Assembly (NCBI GenBank): GCA_965219535.1
Contig: CBDCNV010000002.1
Span: forward strand, 1,170,001 to 1,202,000
From: Opitutales bacterium
GTDB lineage: Bacteria; Verrucomicrobiota; Verrucomicrobiia; Opitutales; PNEW01
Direction of reading: 5' to 3'
Length of the DNA stretch: 32,000 nt
In this document: one piece after another, positions 24,764-32,000 of the stretch
Layout of the letters: each line of letters opens with the position of its first letter
How positions within the stretch are numbered: the stretch's first letter is position 1
Notes under the pieces: model-generated
Databases searched by the model: none
Told to the model about the DNA's origin: nothing
The model's input: only the letters and a program-made list of their open reading frames with translations
Position numbers and translations under genes: made by a program

Positions 24764-27344
24764 CCCTGGGTAGGACCGTGTAAATCGTCAACCCTTTAAG
24801 GGATTTTTTCCGCTCGGGTATAATCAGACTGGCAAAATACCCGGCGATAAGACAGACGGTGAATCCAATCGTGGGGTAGAGGAAAAAATTTATTGGCGTG
24901 TGGTACTTTACATAATACAGGGCTATTGCACTGATGATAGCACCCATCAAAGCTCCCATACCATTTGCTCTTCGCGTAAAAATACCGAGGGCAAATAACC
25001 CGCCCAATCCACCGATAAAAAGTCCTAAGACAGAGCTGGCAAAGATAACGGCAGACTGAATATTAAAGGTAACCAGGAGAAGAGCGACAGCCGTGGCAAA
25101 AAGGCCAATGAGCAAGGTAATAGAACGCGCGAGATTTAAATAAAAACGTTCAGATTTATCCGCTTTGAACCGACGATAAAAATCGGTGACAAAGACGGTA
25201 GCGATAGAGTTCATCCCGCTGTCCAGACTTGACATCGCCGCAGAAAAGATGGCCGCAATGACAAAACCAGCAAGACCGAAGGGAAGGTTTTGCGCGATGA
25301 AGAGAGGAAAAATCGCGTCGTTCCGCATCCCCAAGCTGACACTGCTCGGGTGTGTTTTGTAAAAAGCGTAAAGGGCAGATCCCATGACAAGGACGATTGC
25401 CCCCAGCGGAAGACCGGCAATTACGTTTAACCATAACCCTTTTGCCGCAGCTTTTTCATCCTTTGTCGTAAGAAACCTTTGAATTCTGCTTTGGTCGGAG
25501 GATAAGACAATGAAGGTTCCCATCGCGCCGCTGATTAATAATACCCATAATGTTGGTTCGGTAATGTCCCAGTCCAGGTACCACATGCGATATTTATCAT
25601 CGGCGAGACCAATGTCGATCATACCCTTAATACCATTATCGACATTAAAGAAGACGACGATCAGGGCAATAATGAGTCCGGCTATGAAGATGAACACCTG
25701 GATAACATCCGACCATATAACCGCTTCAATGCCGCCCAGTACTGTGTAAAAAGTGCTTATCAAACCTAACGACAGTATGCAGACATAAATATTTATCCCC
25801 GTGATCGTGGAGAGAACAATGGCGGGTAGATACATGATCAGACTGATCCGCAATGATTGAAATAAAATAAATTGTGCACTCCCGAATAAGCGAACGGCCA
25901 GGTTAAAACGTTTCTCCAGGTATTCATAGGCGGTAGTAATATTCAACCTTCGATAAAATGGCAGGTAGAAATAAATAATCATAATCGGTGCGAAAAAGAA
26001 CCCGATCCGAACCGGAAAATAAAACCAGTCCGTAGAAAAAGTTAAGGCGGGATGGGCAATATAAGTTACGGCGCTAAGCCCTGTTCCCAGTAAACTGAGC
26101 CCTGCCGCCCACCAGGGAACACGGCGCCCCGCAAGAAAGTAATCATCCGTTCCTTTTTCTCTTTTGGAAAAGTAAAAGCCAAGGTAAACTATGCCCACGA
26201 GATAGAGAGTGAGAAAAGTGTAATTTATAATTCCAAACGACGCGCCGGCTCCTGAATCGTGAATCATTAATTGCACCTTAGGGGTCATTGTCCCGGGTTT
26301 AGTCTCACCACCGGTTATGACGATGCCTTCTCCCCAGGATACCGCTTCTGCAGACACTACACCTAACGGTATCTCAGCTTGAATTATCCAGGTATCGGTG
26401 ATCGTATGATAGACGAGAAGATCGTGCGAATAAAGAGGATGATCATCTCCCTTTGTTGAGAGATTCATCCCCGTGTTATTATCGGTCTTACCACCAAAAA
26501 TGAGAACATGGGATTGTCCATAGGCAATACCAGGGGCAGCTGTTAGGGGGTGCGGGGCGTCGGTAATTCGTTCCCACTTCTCGTTTGTCAGTGAGTAGCG
26601 GTAACCATCAGTTAATTGCCTGGTTTGAATTTCACCCTTTTCATCTTCGATTTGCGCTTCGCCTCCAATGATGTATAAATTTTTTCTATAACCGGTATTT
26701 TGACCCACGACGACAGCCCTATTTCGAACCGGTCCCTCCCAGGGTTTTAACGATTCCCATCCCGCTTCCAGATTATTCAGGTTGAGTGACCAGAATATAT
26801 TTATTAATTCCGATCTTTCGCCGACAATCTGAACGCCCGCAACATATACGATCTCATCCATTTCAGTGGCGCCTACGAATGAGAGAGTTTGTGGAAGGGG
26901 AGGCAAGGACACTTGATTAATCTTTCTAGAAGCTGCCTCCCACGTTATTTGCGTCACTTGCTTGTGATTACCCCCTGCATTACTCCCGCCAATCAGGATC
27001 AAACTCTGGCTACTAATTACGGATGCGCCGTAAGCAAGCGGCTCTTTCAAGCTAAATCCCGTTTGCCAACTTTCTTGCTCAGTGTCGGACAGAACATAAA
27101 TGTCCGCATACCAGAATCTACTTCCGGCCTTCCCCTCAGGGGTTTGAGGAAAATTCGAACCGCCGGCGACGATGAGCGCGCCATTGCTGACTCCGGCGAA
27201 AGCCCCGCTTAGACCTGGAGAATTGGGGATTACTGGCAGTTCTTCCCAGGTGATTTTCTCGGGTCTTTGTGTTTCACCTTCGGCGCGCCCGATAAAGCAT
27301 AGGAAGGTGGTTAAACATAAAGCGAGAGCAGAGGAGAGATTCAT
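24753..27344 (-). CDS. Paralogous Kelch/NanM-like beta-propeller plus SSS symporter fusion
   Basis: It has the signal peptide MNLSSALALCLTTFLCFIGRAEG and the same architecture as its neighbour. By eye the two are collinear and highly similar throughout, for example GAFAGVSNGALIVAGGSNFP, TVLGGIEAVIWSDVIQ and AIFSAAMSSLDSGMNS. Confidence 0.88.
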   Translation of the reverse strand: MNLSSALALCLTTFLCFIGRAEGETQRPEKITWEELPVIPNSPGLSGAFAGVSNGALIVAGGSNFPQTPEGKAGSRFWYADIYVLSDTEQESWQTGFSLKEPLAYGASVISSQSLILIGGSNAGGNHKQVTQITWEAASRKINQVSLPPLPQTLSFVGATEMDEIVYVAGVQIVGERSELINIFWSLNLNNLEAGWESLKPWEGPVRNRAVVVGQNTGYRKNLYIIGGEAQIEDEKGEIQTRQLTDGYRYSLTNEKWERITDAPHPLTAAPGIAYGQSHVLIFGGKTDNNTGMNLSTKGDDHPLYSHDLLVYHTITDTWIIQAEIPLGVVSAEAVSWGEGIVITGGETKPGTMTPKVQLMIHDSGAGASFGIINYTFLTLYLVGIVYLGFYFSKREKGTDDYFLAGRRVPWWAAGLSLLGTGLSAVTYIAHPALTFSTDWFYFPVRIGFFFAPIMIIYFYLPFYRRLNITTAYEYLEKRFNLAVRLFGSAQFILFQSLRISLIMYLPAIVLSTITGINIYVCILSLGLISTFYTVLGGIEAVIWSDVIQVFIFIAGLIIALIVVFFNVDNGIKGMIDIGLADDKYRMWYLDWDITEPTLWVLLISGAMGTFIVLSSDQSRIQRFLTTKDEKAAAKGLWLNVIAGLPLGAIVLVMGSALYAFYKTHPSSVSLGMRNDAIFPLFIAQNLPFGLAGFVIAAIFSAAMSSLDSGMNSIATVFVTDFYRRFKADKSERFYLNLARSITLLIGLFATAVALLLVTFNIQSAVIFASSVLGLFIGGLGGLFALGIFTRRANGMGALMGAIISAIALYYVKYHTPINFFLYPTIGFTVCLIAGYFASLIIPERKKSLKGLTIYTVLPRGEQ

Positions 27345-27501
27345 GAGGACAGCATAACGATGGGGTCAGTCGGTTTAGCTGTCCAGTAATCTTTATTAAC
27401 CCCGGTGATAAAAGTGTATTTATTAATATTGATAAAGTACATTTATCCTTTTTAAATTTTCATCATGGGTAGGTTTTGGTTCACTTTTCTCACGATAGGC
27501 A

Positions 27502-28761
27502 GTGTGGATGAGTGACGAATTGGACAATCCTTCGAAAAAGAATAGAGGGTTTACCTATCTCACCCCTGAACAGGCAAATTCTCTTTCGAGTATGGAGGGA
27601 GACCTGGAATGGGGACATTACACTGACACAGAATCTCAGATTTCTGAAACGGATAAAGCTGAAACAATATCATATAAATATTTTTCAAGCTTAGCGGATA
27701 TAATTCCGGGAATTGTCCTGGCCTTTATCCTTGCGATAATTGGTAAATTTTTATCCGGATGGTTGGGAACCACGCTTTTCAGTTTCGAGAAAAGTCCATT
27801 CAGCCCGATAATGTTTATCATTATACTGGGCATCGCATTCAGGAATTTTATCGGCGTCCCCAATGAATATGTGTCGGGTTTAAAATTTTCCGTACGGTAT
27901 ATCCTGAGAATTGGGATTGCGCTCCTGGGCTTGCGGTTAAGTATCTCCGCTGTCGGGCAAATCGGTCTGGTCAGCCTTCCGGTAGTTGTCATTTGTATTG
28001 CTGGCGCATTGCTTATCGTTTCAGCACTTAAGCGTTTTATAAACATACCATCACGCTTGGGCACGCTTATTGCCGTGGGGACGAGCATCTGCGGGGTAAG
28101 TGCTGTTGTCGCCACCTCGCAAAGCATTAAAGCAGAAGATGATGAAGTCAGCTACGCTGTTGCCTGTGTGACTATTTATGGATTATGCGGTCTCATTTTC
28201 TATCCCTTCTTTGCCCATTGGCTTTTTCATGGCGATGCGCAAATGGTTGGTATCTTCCTGGGTACCGCCATACATGATACCTCTCAAGTCGCGGGGGCCG
28301 GGTTAATTTATGCGCAGCACTATCTCGTGCCCGAGACCCTGGATGCGGCAACGGTAACGAAACTGCTGCGGAATCTATTCATGATTATTGTCATTCCAAT
28401 AATGGCCCTGCTTTATCAACGTTCAATTAAAACTAACAGTTCTTCACATCTGGCACCGCGCTGGTTTCACATGGTCCCTATGTTTGTTGTCGTCTTTGTC
28501 TGTTTAGCTGTTGTCCGTTCTTTGGGTGATATCGGGGAAAACCCTTTTGTCGTTTTCGATCCTGAAACATGGGATAATTTTTTAATCAGTGCACAAACGG
28601 TGTCGACCTGGTGTCTGACCTTGGCCATGGCTTCACTTGGGCTGAGCACCAGCATGGCTAAAATAAAAAATCTCGGATTCGCTCCTCTCTTCGTAGGTTT
28701 TATCGCCGCCGCCGCCGTCGGTCTGCTCAGCTACCTCAGTATTCGCTTTATTAGTTTTTAA
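27502..28761 (+). CDS. YeiH/UPF0324 family (PF03601-like) putative sulfate-exporter-type membrane protein with a ~60-aa hydrophilic N-terminal extension
   Basis: Motifs seen are LIAVGTSICGVSAVVATSQSIKAEDDEVSYAVACVTIYG and FLGTAIHDTSQVAGAG, with about 10 TM helices. The listed start is GTG 27502; ATG 27508 is equally possible. Confidence 0.8.
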   Translation: MWMSDELDNPSKKNRGFTYLTPEQANSLSSMEGDLEWGHYTDTESQISETDKAETISYKYFSSLADIIPGIVLAFILAIIGKFLSGWLGTTLFSFEKSPFSPIMFIIILGIAFRNFIGVPNEYVSGLKFSVRYILRIGIALLGLRLSISAVGQIGLVSLPVVVICIAGALLIVSALKRFINIPSRLGTLIAVGTSICGVSAVVATSQSIKAEDDEVSYAVACVTIYGLCGLIFYPFFAHWLFHGDAQMVGIFLGTAIHDTSQVAGAGLIYAQHYLVPETLDAATVTKLLRNLFMIIVIPIMALLYQRSIKTNSSSHLAPRWFHMVPMFVVVFVCLAVVRSLGDIGENPFVVFDPETWDNFLISAQTVSTWCLTLAMASLGLSTSMAKIKNLGFAPLFVGFIAAAAVGLLSYLSIRFISF

Positions 28762-28773
28762 GGCGTGGGGTGA

Positions 28774-28805
28774 GTCAAAAGGTCAAAAAGTCAAAAGGTC
28801 AAAAG
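28774..28805. repeat. (GTCAAAAG)x4 array
   Basis: It starts 13 nt after the YeiH-like TAA stop. Confidence 0.95.
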
Positions 28806-28842
28806 GTTAAGGGTTCCCTTCGACTCAGCTCAGGACCTCTAG

Positions 28843-28976
28843 TCTTCCGGCCTCCCGCTCTTCTAGCCATCCGAAACTCTGGCCTTCCGGTTTGGAAGAT
28901 GTCGTTCCGCGACTGCGGAACTCGAAACTGGGTGTCTGGCTTTCAGGCCCTCCGGAATTCCGGCTCTCCGGCCTTC
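28843..28976. repeat. CCTTCCGG/CTCCGG word stutters flanking an embedded TGGAAGATGTCG motif
   Basis: The stutters are tcttccggcctcccgctc...ggccttccgg (28843..28890) and ctggctttcaggccctccggaattccggctctccggcc (28936..28976). Confidence 0.85.
28893..28928 (+). repeat. TGGAAGATGTCG-hairpin motif variant (tggaagatgtcgttccgcgactgcggaactcgaaac)
   Basis: The hairpin is GTTCCGC-GACT-GCGGAAC. It starts exactly 100 nt upstream of the DMT gene ATG (28993). Confidence 0.88.
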
Positions 28977-28992
28977 TATACCATCTTTTTCG

Positions 28993-29880
28993 ATGAAAAA
29001 AACGATACCGGTTGATCAGCCGAGTGCAAAGGTCATAGCGATAGCGCTTTTTCTCGGATTTCTCTGGGGTGGGAATTCCGTAGCGCTAAAAACTTCCCTC
29101 ATCGATATGCCGCCATTTATGGTTGGCGGGCTTCGTTTTTCATTGGCAATCCTGGCAATTATTCTTTGGGCGGTAATTTACCGGATTCCTATAGTGCCGC
29201 CAAAATCAGAGCGAATCCCGCTTCTTATCATGTCGTTGTTATTCACTACACAGATTGGGCTTATAAATATTGGAACGCACTACACCTACGCTTCACACAC
29301 CACTATTCTCATCAACATAAATCCATTATTTACTGCTGTGCTGGCTCATTTCTTTTTTATAGGTGATGAATTAAATCTGAAAAAGTGTTTAGGCTTAGTG
29401 CTTGCATTTATCGGGGTAATTATTGTTTTCCGCGCTAATTTTTCTTTGGGGAGTGATTTTTTAATTGGTGACCTTTACGTCTTAGCGAGTGCGTTTATTC
29501 TCGGTATATGTAACATCTACACAAAACTTCTCATTCAACATATAAATATCTATCGACTGCTCATTTGGCAAATGGCCATAAGTCTTCCCATATTTTTTGG
29601 TCTCAGTTTTTGCTTCGAAGGATTGGATAGTTATCATTTTACTCCCTATGCTTTACTGGCAATCGTTTATCAGGGGCTTGTCGTGGGAGGTTTTTGCTTC
29701 GTCGGCTGGACACTTATCTTAAAACAACACAGCCCGACAAAACTAACTGCGTTTTTTTTCGCGACTCCGCTCTTTGGTGTGGCATTGAGCTATCTCATAT
29801 TAAATGAACCAATTACGATCAATCTTGCCTTTGGCGCAATCTTCGTTGCATACGGGATTTACCTCGTTAATCGAGCTTGA
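28993..29880 (+). CDS. DMT-superfamily transporter (two EamA domains, 10 TM)
   Basis: The 295-aa ORF is hydrophobic throughout and has an internally duplicated 5+5 TM layout. Examples are FLWGGNSVALK and YQGLVVGGFCFVGW. Confidence 0.8.
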   Translation: MKKTIPVDQPSAKVIAIALFLGFLWGGNSVALKTSLIDMPPFMVGGLRFSLAILAIILWAVIYRIPIVPPKSERIPLLIMSLLFTTQIGLINIGTHYTYASHTTILININPLFTAVLAHFFFIGDELNLKKCLGLVLAFIGVIIVFRANFSLGSDFLIGDLYVLASAFILGICNIYTKLLIQHINIYRLLIWQMAISLPIFFGLSFCFEGLDSYHFTPYALLAIVYQGLVVGGFCFVGWTLILKQHSPTKLTAFFFATPLFGVALSYLILNEPITINLAFGAIFVAYGIYLVNRA

Positions 29881-29957
29881 TCTTAGTCAAAAAGTGAATT
29901 GCGATTATGAGTATAAGCGTGAATGCGAGGATGCGGGTTTAAACATTCTTTTACTCT

Positions 29958-30006
29958 CTGGCCATCCGGTTCTCAGGCACTCCAGCCTTCCGGCCTTCCG
30001 GCTTTC
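29958..30006. repeat. CCTTCCGG word array (ctggccatccggttctcaggcactccagccttccggccttccggctttc)
   Basis: It has the same words and the same orientation as 28843..28976 on the other side of the DMT gene. Confidence 0.85.
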
Positions 30007-30076
30007 TTCTTTCACGTTACGCTTGACCTCTATTCTTAATTCTTGAGATTAATTTGTGGGAGCATAAGAAGAAGTA

Positions 30077-30862
30077 ATGAAAGTAGATCTTAAGGGTAAA
30101 ATTGCTTTAGTGACGGGCGCGGGGAAGGGAATTGGACGCGCAATCGCGGAAACCTTTACAGAAAATGGTGCCCATGTCGCCTATACGGATGTCGATGAGG
30201 CACTGCTTAGGGAGAATCCTCCAAAAGGTGATAATCATAGTGTCTACGAGTTAGATGTTCGCAACGACGATCATATCGAGGAGACCATTTCCAGGATTAT
30301 AAAAGAATGCGGCCCTATCGATATCCTGGTTAATAATGCCGGGGGTGGTGATCCCAACCAGCGGGTGACAGGTGACCGTCTTCCCGATAAATCGTGGGCG
30401 ATGGCAGTCGACATGAATTTAAATAGTCCGTTCAAAATATCTAAGAAGGTGTTAACGGATTGTATGATCCCACAGAAGTCCGGCCGCATCATTAACATCG
30501 CTTCTGTCGCGGGCATCGTGCCACTGCAGTTGCAATGTGCCTATAATGCGTCCAAAGCCGGACTCATTCAACTAACCAAGGCTTTGGCGGTCGAAATGGG
30601 AAGTCATGGAATAACGATCAATGCGATTGCGCCAGGGTCTACCTTGACCGACGGGACACGTAAAATATTTTATAGCGAGGACGGCAGCTTTTCTGAACAT
30701 GTGCAGCGCCACTTGGATCATGTGCCCTTAGGTAGGCCCGCCCAGCCGGAGGAAATTGCTCATGCAGTCCTTTTTTTAGCGGCTCCAGAGAGCGCGTATA
30801 TAACGGGCCACGTGTTGGCTGTTGACGGTGGATGGACGACAGGTTTTATTCGTGATTTTTAG
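30077..30862 (+). CDS. Short-chain dehydrogenase/reductase (FabG/KduD-like)
   Basis: Motifs seen are TGAGKGIGRAIA, NNAG and SVAG...YNASKAG. Confidence 0.9.
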   Translation: MKVDLKGKIALVTGAGKGIGRAIAETFTENGAHVAYTDVDEALLRENPPKGDNHSVYELDVRNDDHIEETISRIIKECGPIDILVNNAGGGDPNQRVTGDRLPDKSWAMAVDMNLNSPFKISKKVLTDCMIPQKSGRIINIASVAGIVPLQLQCAYNASKAGLIQLTKALAVEMGSHGITINAIAPGSTLTDGTRKIFYSEDGSFSEHVQRHLDHVPLGRPAQPEEIAHAVLFLAAPESAYITGHVLAVDGGWTTGFIRDF

Positions 30863-30899
30863 TAACTGGGTAAGATAAACAATTCAAATCGAGGGAAAG

Positions 30900-31331
30900 A
30901 TGTCTAAGATAGAAGACTTTAAAAGTTATGCACCGAAGGATTACGTTCCTGAAATACCTAAACCCGATCACCCCGTATTCCCGAAGATTGTATCGGCAAA
31001 AAACGGCAGGCCCGTAAGGTATAAAGGGTGTCAGGGTGTTGGCGTGCGTATCGTTCACCCTTCAAACCCGGAAGCACCTGCAAAGAACCTCGGCCTCGTG
31101 ATGTTTTGTCTACCGCCGCACGCGACACTCTTGCCACCGGGTTCACATGAGACGGAGGAAACTTATGTTATCATGAGAGGTGAGGGGATGATGACTTTTG
31201 CCGAGGGCAAGCAAGAGAAAGTTAAAGCCGGAGATTTTGTGTATTTGCCTCCCTGGTGTGAGCACGGCGTCGAGAACACGGGTAATGTCAGCCTCGAAAT
31301 ACTAATCTGCACTTCGCCACCGAATCCTTGA
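30900..31331 (+). CDS. Cupin-domain protein
   Basis: It has the cupin motifs GSHETEETYVIMRGEG and GDFVYLPPWCEHGVENTG. Confidence 0.8.
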   Translation: MSKIEDFKSYAPKDYVPEIPKPDHPVFPKIVSAKNGRPVRYKGCQGVGVRIVHPSNPEAPAKNLGLVMFCLPPHATLLPPGSHETEETYVIMRGEGMMTFAEGKQEKVKAGDFVYLPPWCEHGVENTGNVSLEILICTSPPNP

Positions 31332-31392
31332 ATTGGGCGAAATCTTCGTCTTAAATTATTTAATAACTAAATCATTATTGATCTAGTGACGA

Positions 31393-31501
31393 AAGGTGGA
31401 GCGGGCTGCCTGTCCGTCATAGCCTTGGCGACGGCTGATCCCTAGCACGCTTCTTCAAATGCGACATTCACAAACGCGCTAGGGACAGCGCGTTCCACCT
31501 T
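31393..31501. other. 109-nt nested stem-loop element between convergent cupin genes (possible bidirectional terminator or structured RNA)
   Basis: The outer stem is aaggtggagcgggctg (31393..31408) paired with cagcgcgttccacctt (31486..31501), about 14/16. Inside are the GGCTAYG-relative at 31409..31440 and a hairpin tccctagc (31439..31446) / gctaggga (31478..31485). Confidence 0.6.
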
Positions 31502-31547
31502 AATATTGATTCTTCAATCTACCATGGACGAACACGAAGATGCCATT

Positions 31548-31934
31548 TCATCTCGATTCGTCCTGTGTGGGAAAGTCGGCTGGCATCGTGATCTCGATAA
31601 CCTCAAAGTCGTCGGAGTACTCCAGTACCTCGTGTTTGATTCCAGACGGCTGGTACCAAGCATCACCGGCCTCGACGCGGATCTCGCCGATGTCTTCAAA
31701 GTCTAAGCGCGCCCACCCGTGGAGCAGGTAGTTCCATTGGAAATCCAGAACATGGGAGTGGTAACCCATGGCTTCCGCGCAAGGTTGAACGGCCCGAATG
31801 ACGTGCGCCATAACTTTACCTTCGGTTGCATCCTTAATTCCCAAATCACGGTATTTAAAATAAGGTCGTAATCCATTTTCCCAATTTGCGTCCTTTGCAT
31901 GTGAAGCAAAAGCCTTGGTTGTTTTCTCGGTCAT
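31548..31934 (-). CDS. Cupin-domain protein
   Basis: The 128-aa ORF contains GYHSHVLDFQWNYLLHGWARLDF...GDAWYQPSGIKHEV, with cupin His ligands. Confidence 0.75.
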   Translation of the reverse strand: MTEKTTKAFASHAKDANWENGLRPYFKYRDLGIKDATEGKVMAHVIRAVQPCAEAMGYHSHVLDFQWNYLLHGWARLDFEDIGEIRVEAGDAWYQPSGIKHEVLEYSDDFEVIEITMPADFPTQDESR

Positions 31935-32000
31935 TGTCTTGTTCCTCCTCTTGAGTTATTTATATCCTTGTCGCTTTAGCAGTTGCTAACCCTTTTTTGT

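Overview
All family calls here come from reading motifs by eye; no searches were run. The window is a bacterial chromosomal segment of moderate GC. Its gene content (FG-GAP/VCBS propellers, PhyH, Kelch-fused symporters, four-helix-bundle genes) suggests a PVC- or Poribacteria-like marine or host-associated lineage, but that is a low-confidence guess.

I support 23 protein-coding genes (two of them frameshifted or truncated) plus one IS element:
- A minus-strand RND efflux operon: a TolC-like gene with an unusual N-terminal periplasmic-binding-protein domain and a frame break, then the adaptor, then an AcrB-like pump that runs off the left edge.
- An orphan MlaC-like gene and a small K+ channel.
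- An inactivated IS3-family element abutting the 3' remnant of a second copy.
- Two stand-alone four-helix-bundle genes (23S rRNA IVS protein family).
- A SorAB-like sulfite dehydrogenase pair.
- A run of catabolic and accessory genes: a hypothetical, an alpha/beta hydrolase, PhyH, a 14-repeat FG-GAP protein, an amidohydrolase-2 lactonase-like gene plus SDR, and an M19 dipeptidase.
- Two tandem paralogous fusions of a Kelch/NanM-like beta-propeller to a sodium:solute symporter.
- A YeiH-family exporter, an EamA/DMT transporter, another SDR and two cupins.
- No rRNA, tRNA or CRISPR array was seen.

The most unusual signal is in the non-coding DNA. Most intergenic spacers are built from short tandem word arrays (GGGTTCA/TGAACCC, GTCAAAAG/CTTTTGAC, GATGT/ACATC, CACTGTT/GTGAACAG, CCTTCCGG, ATCCGCG). 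At least seven opposite-orientation array pairs could fold a whole spacer into a hairpin. Both four-helix-bundle genes sit in the loops of such hairpins, which resembles rRNA intervening sequences. A family of about 35-nt hairpin motifs (TGGAAGATGTCG-hairpin-TCGGTA and GGCTAYG-core relatives) recurs at least 10 times. Its 15-mer core also occurs inside the IS3 transposase 3' ends.
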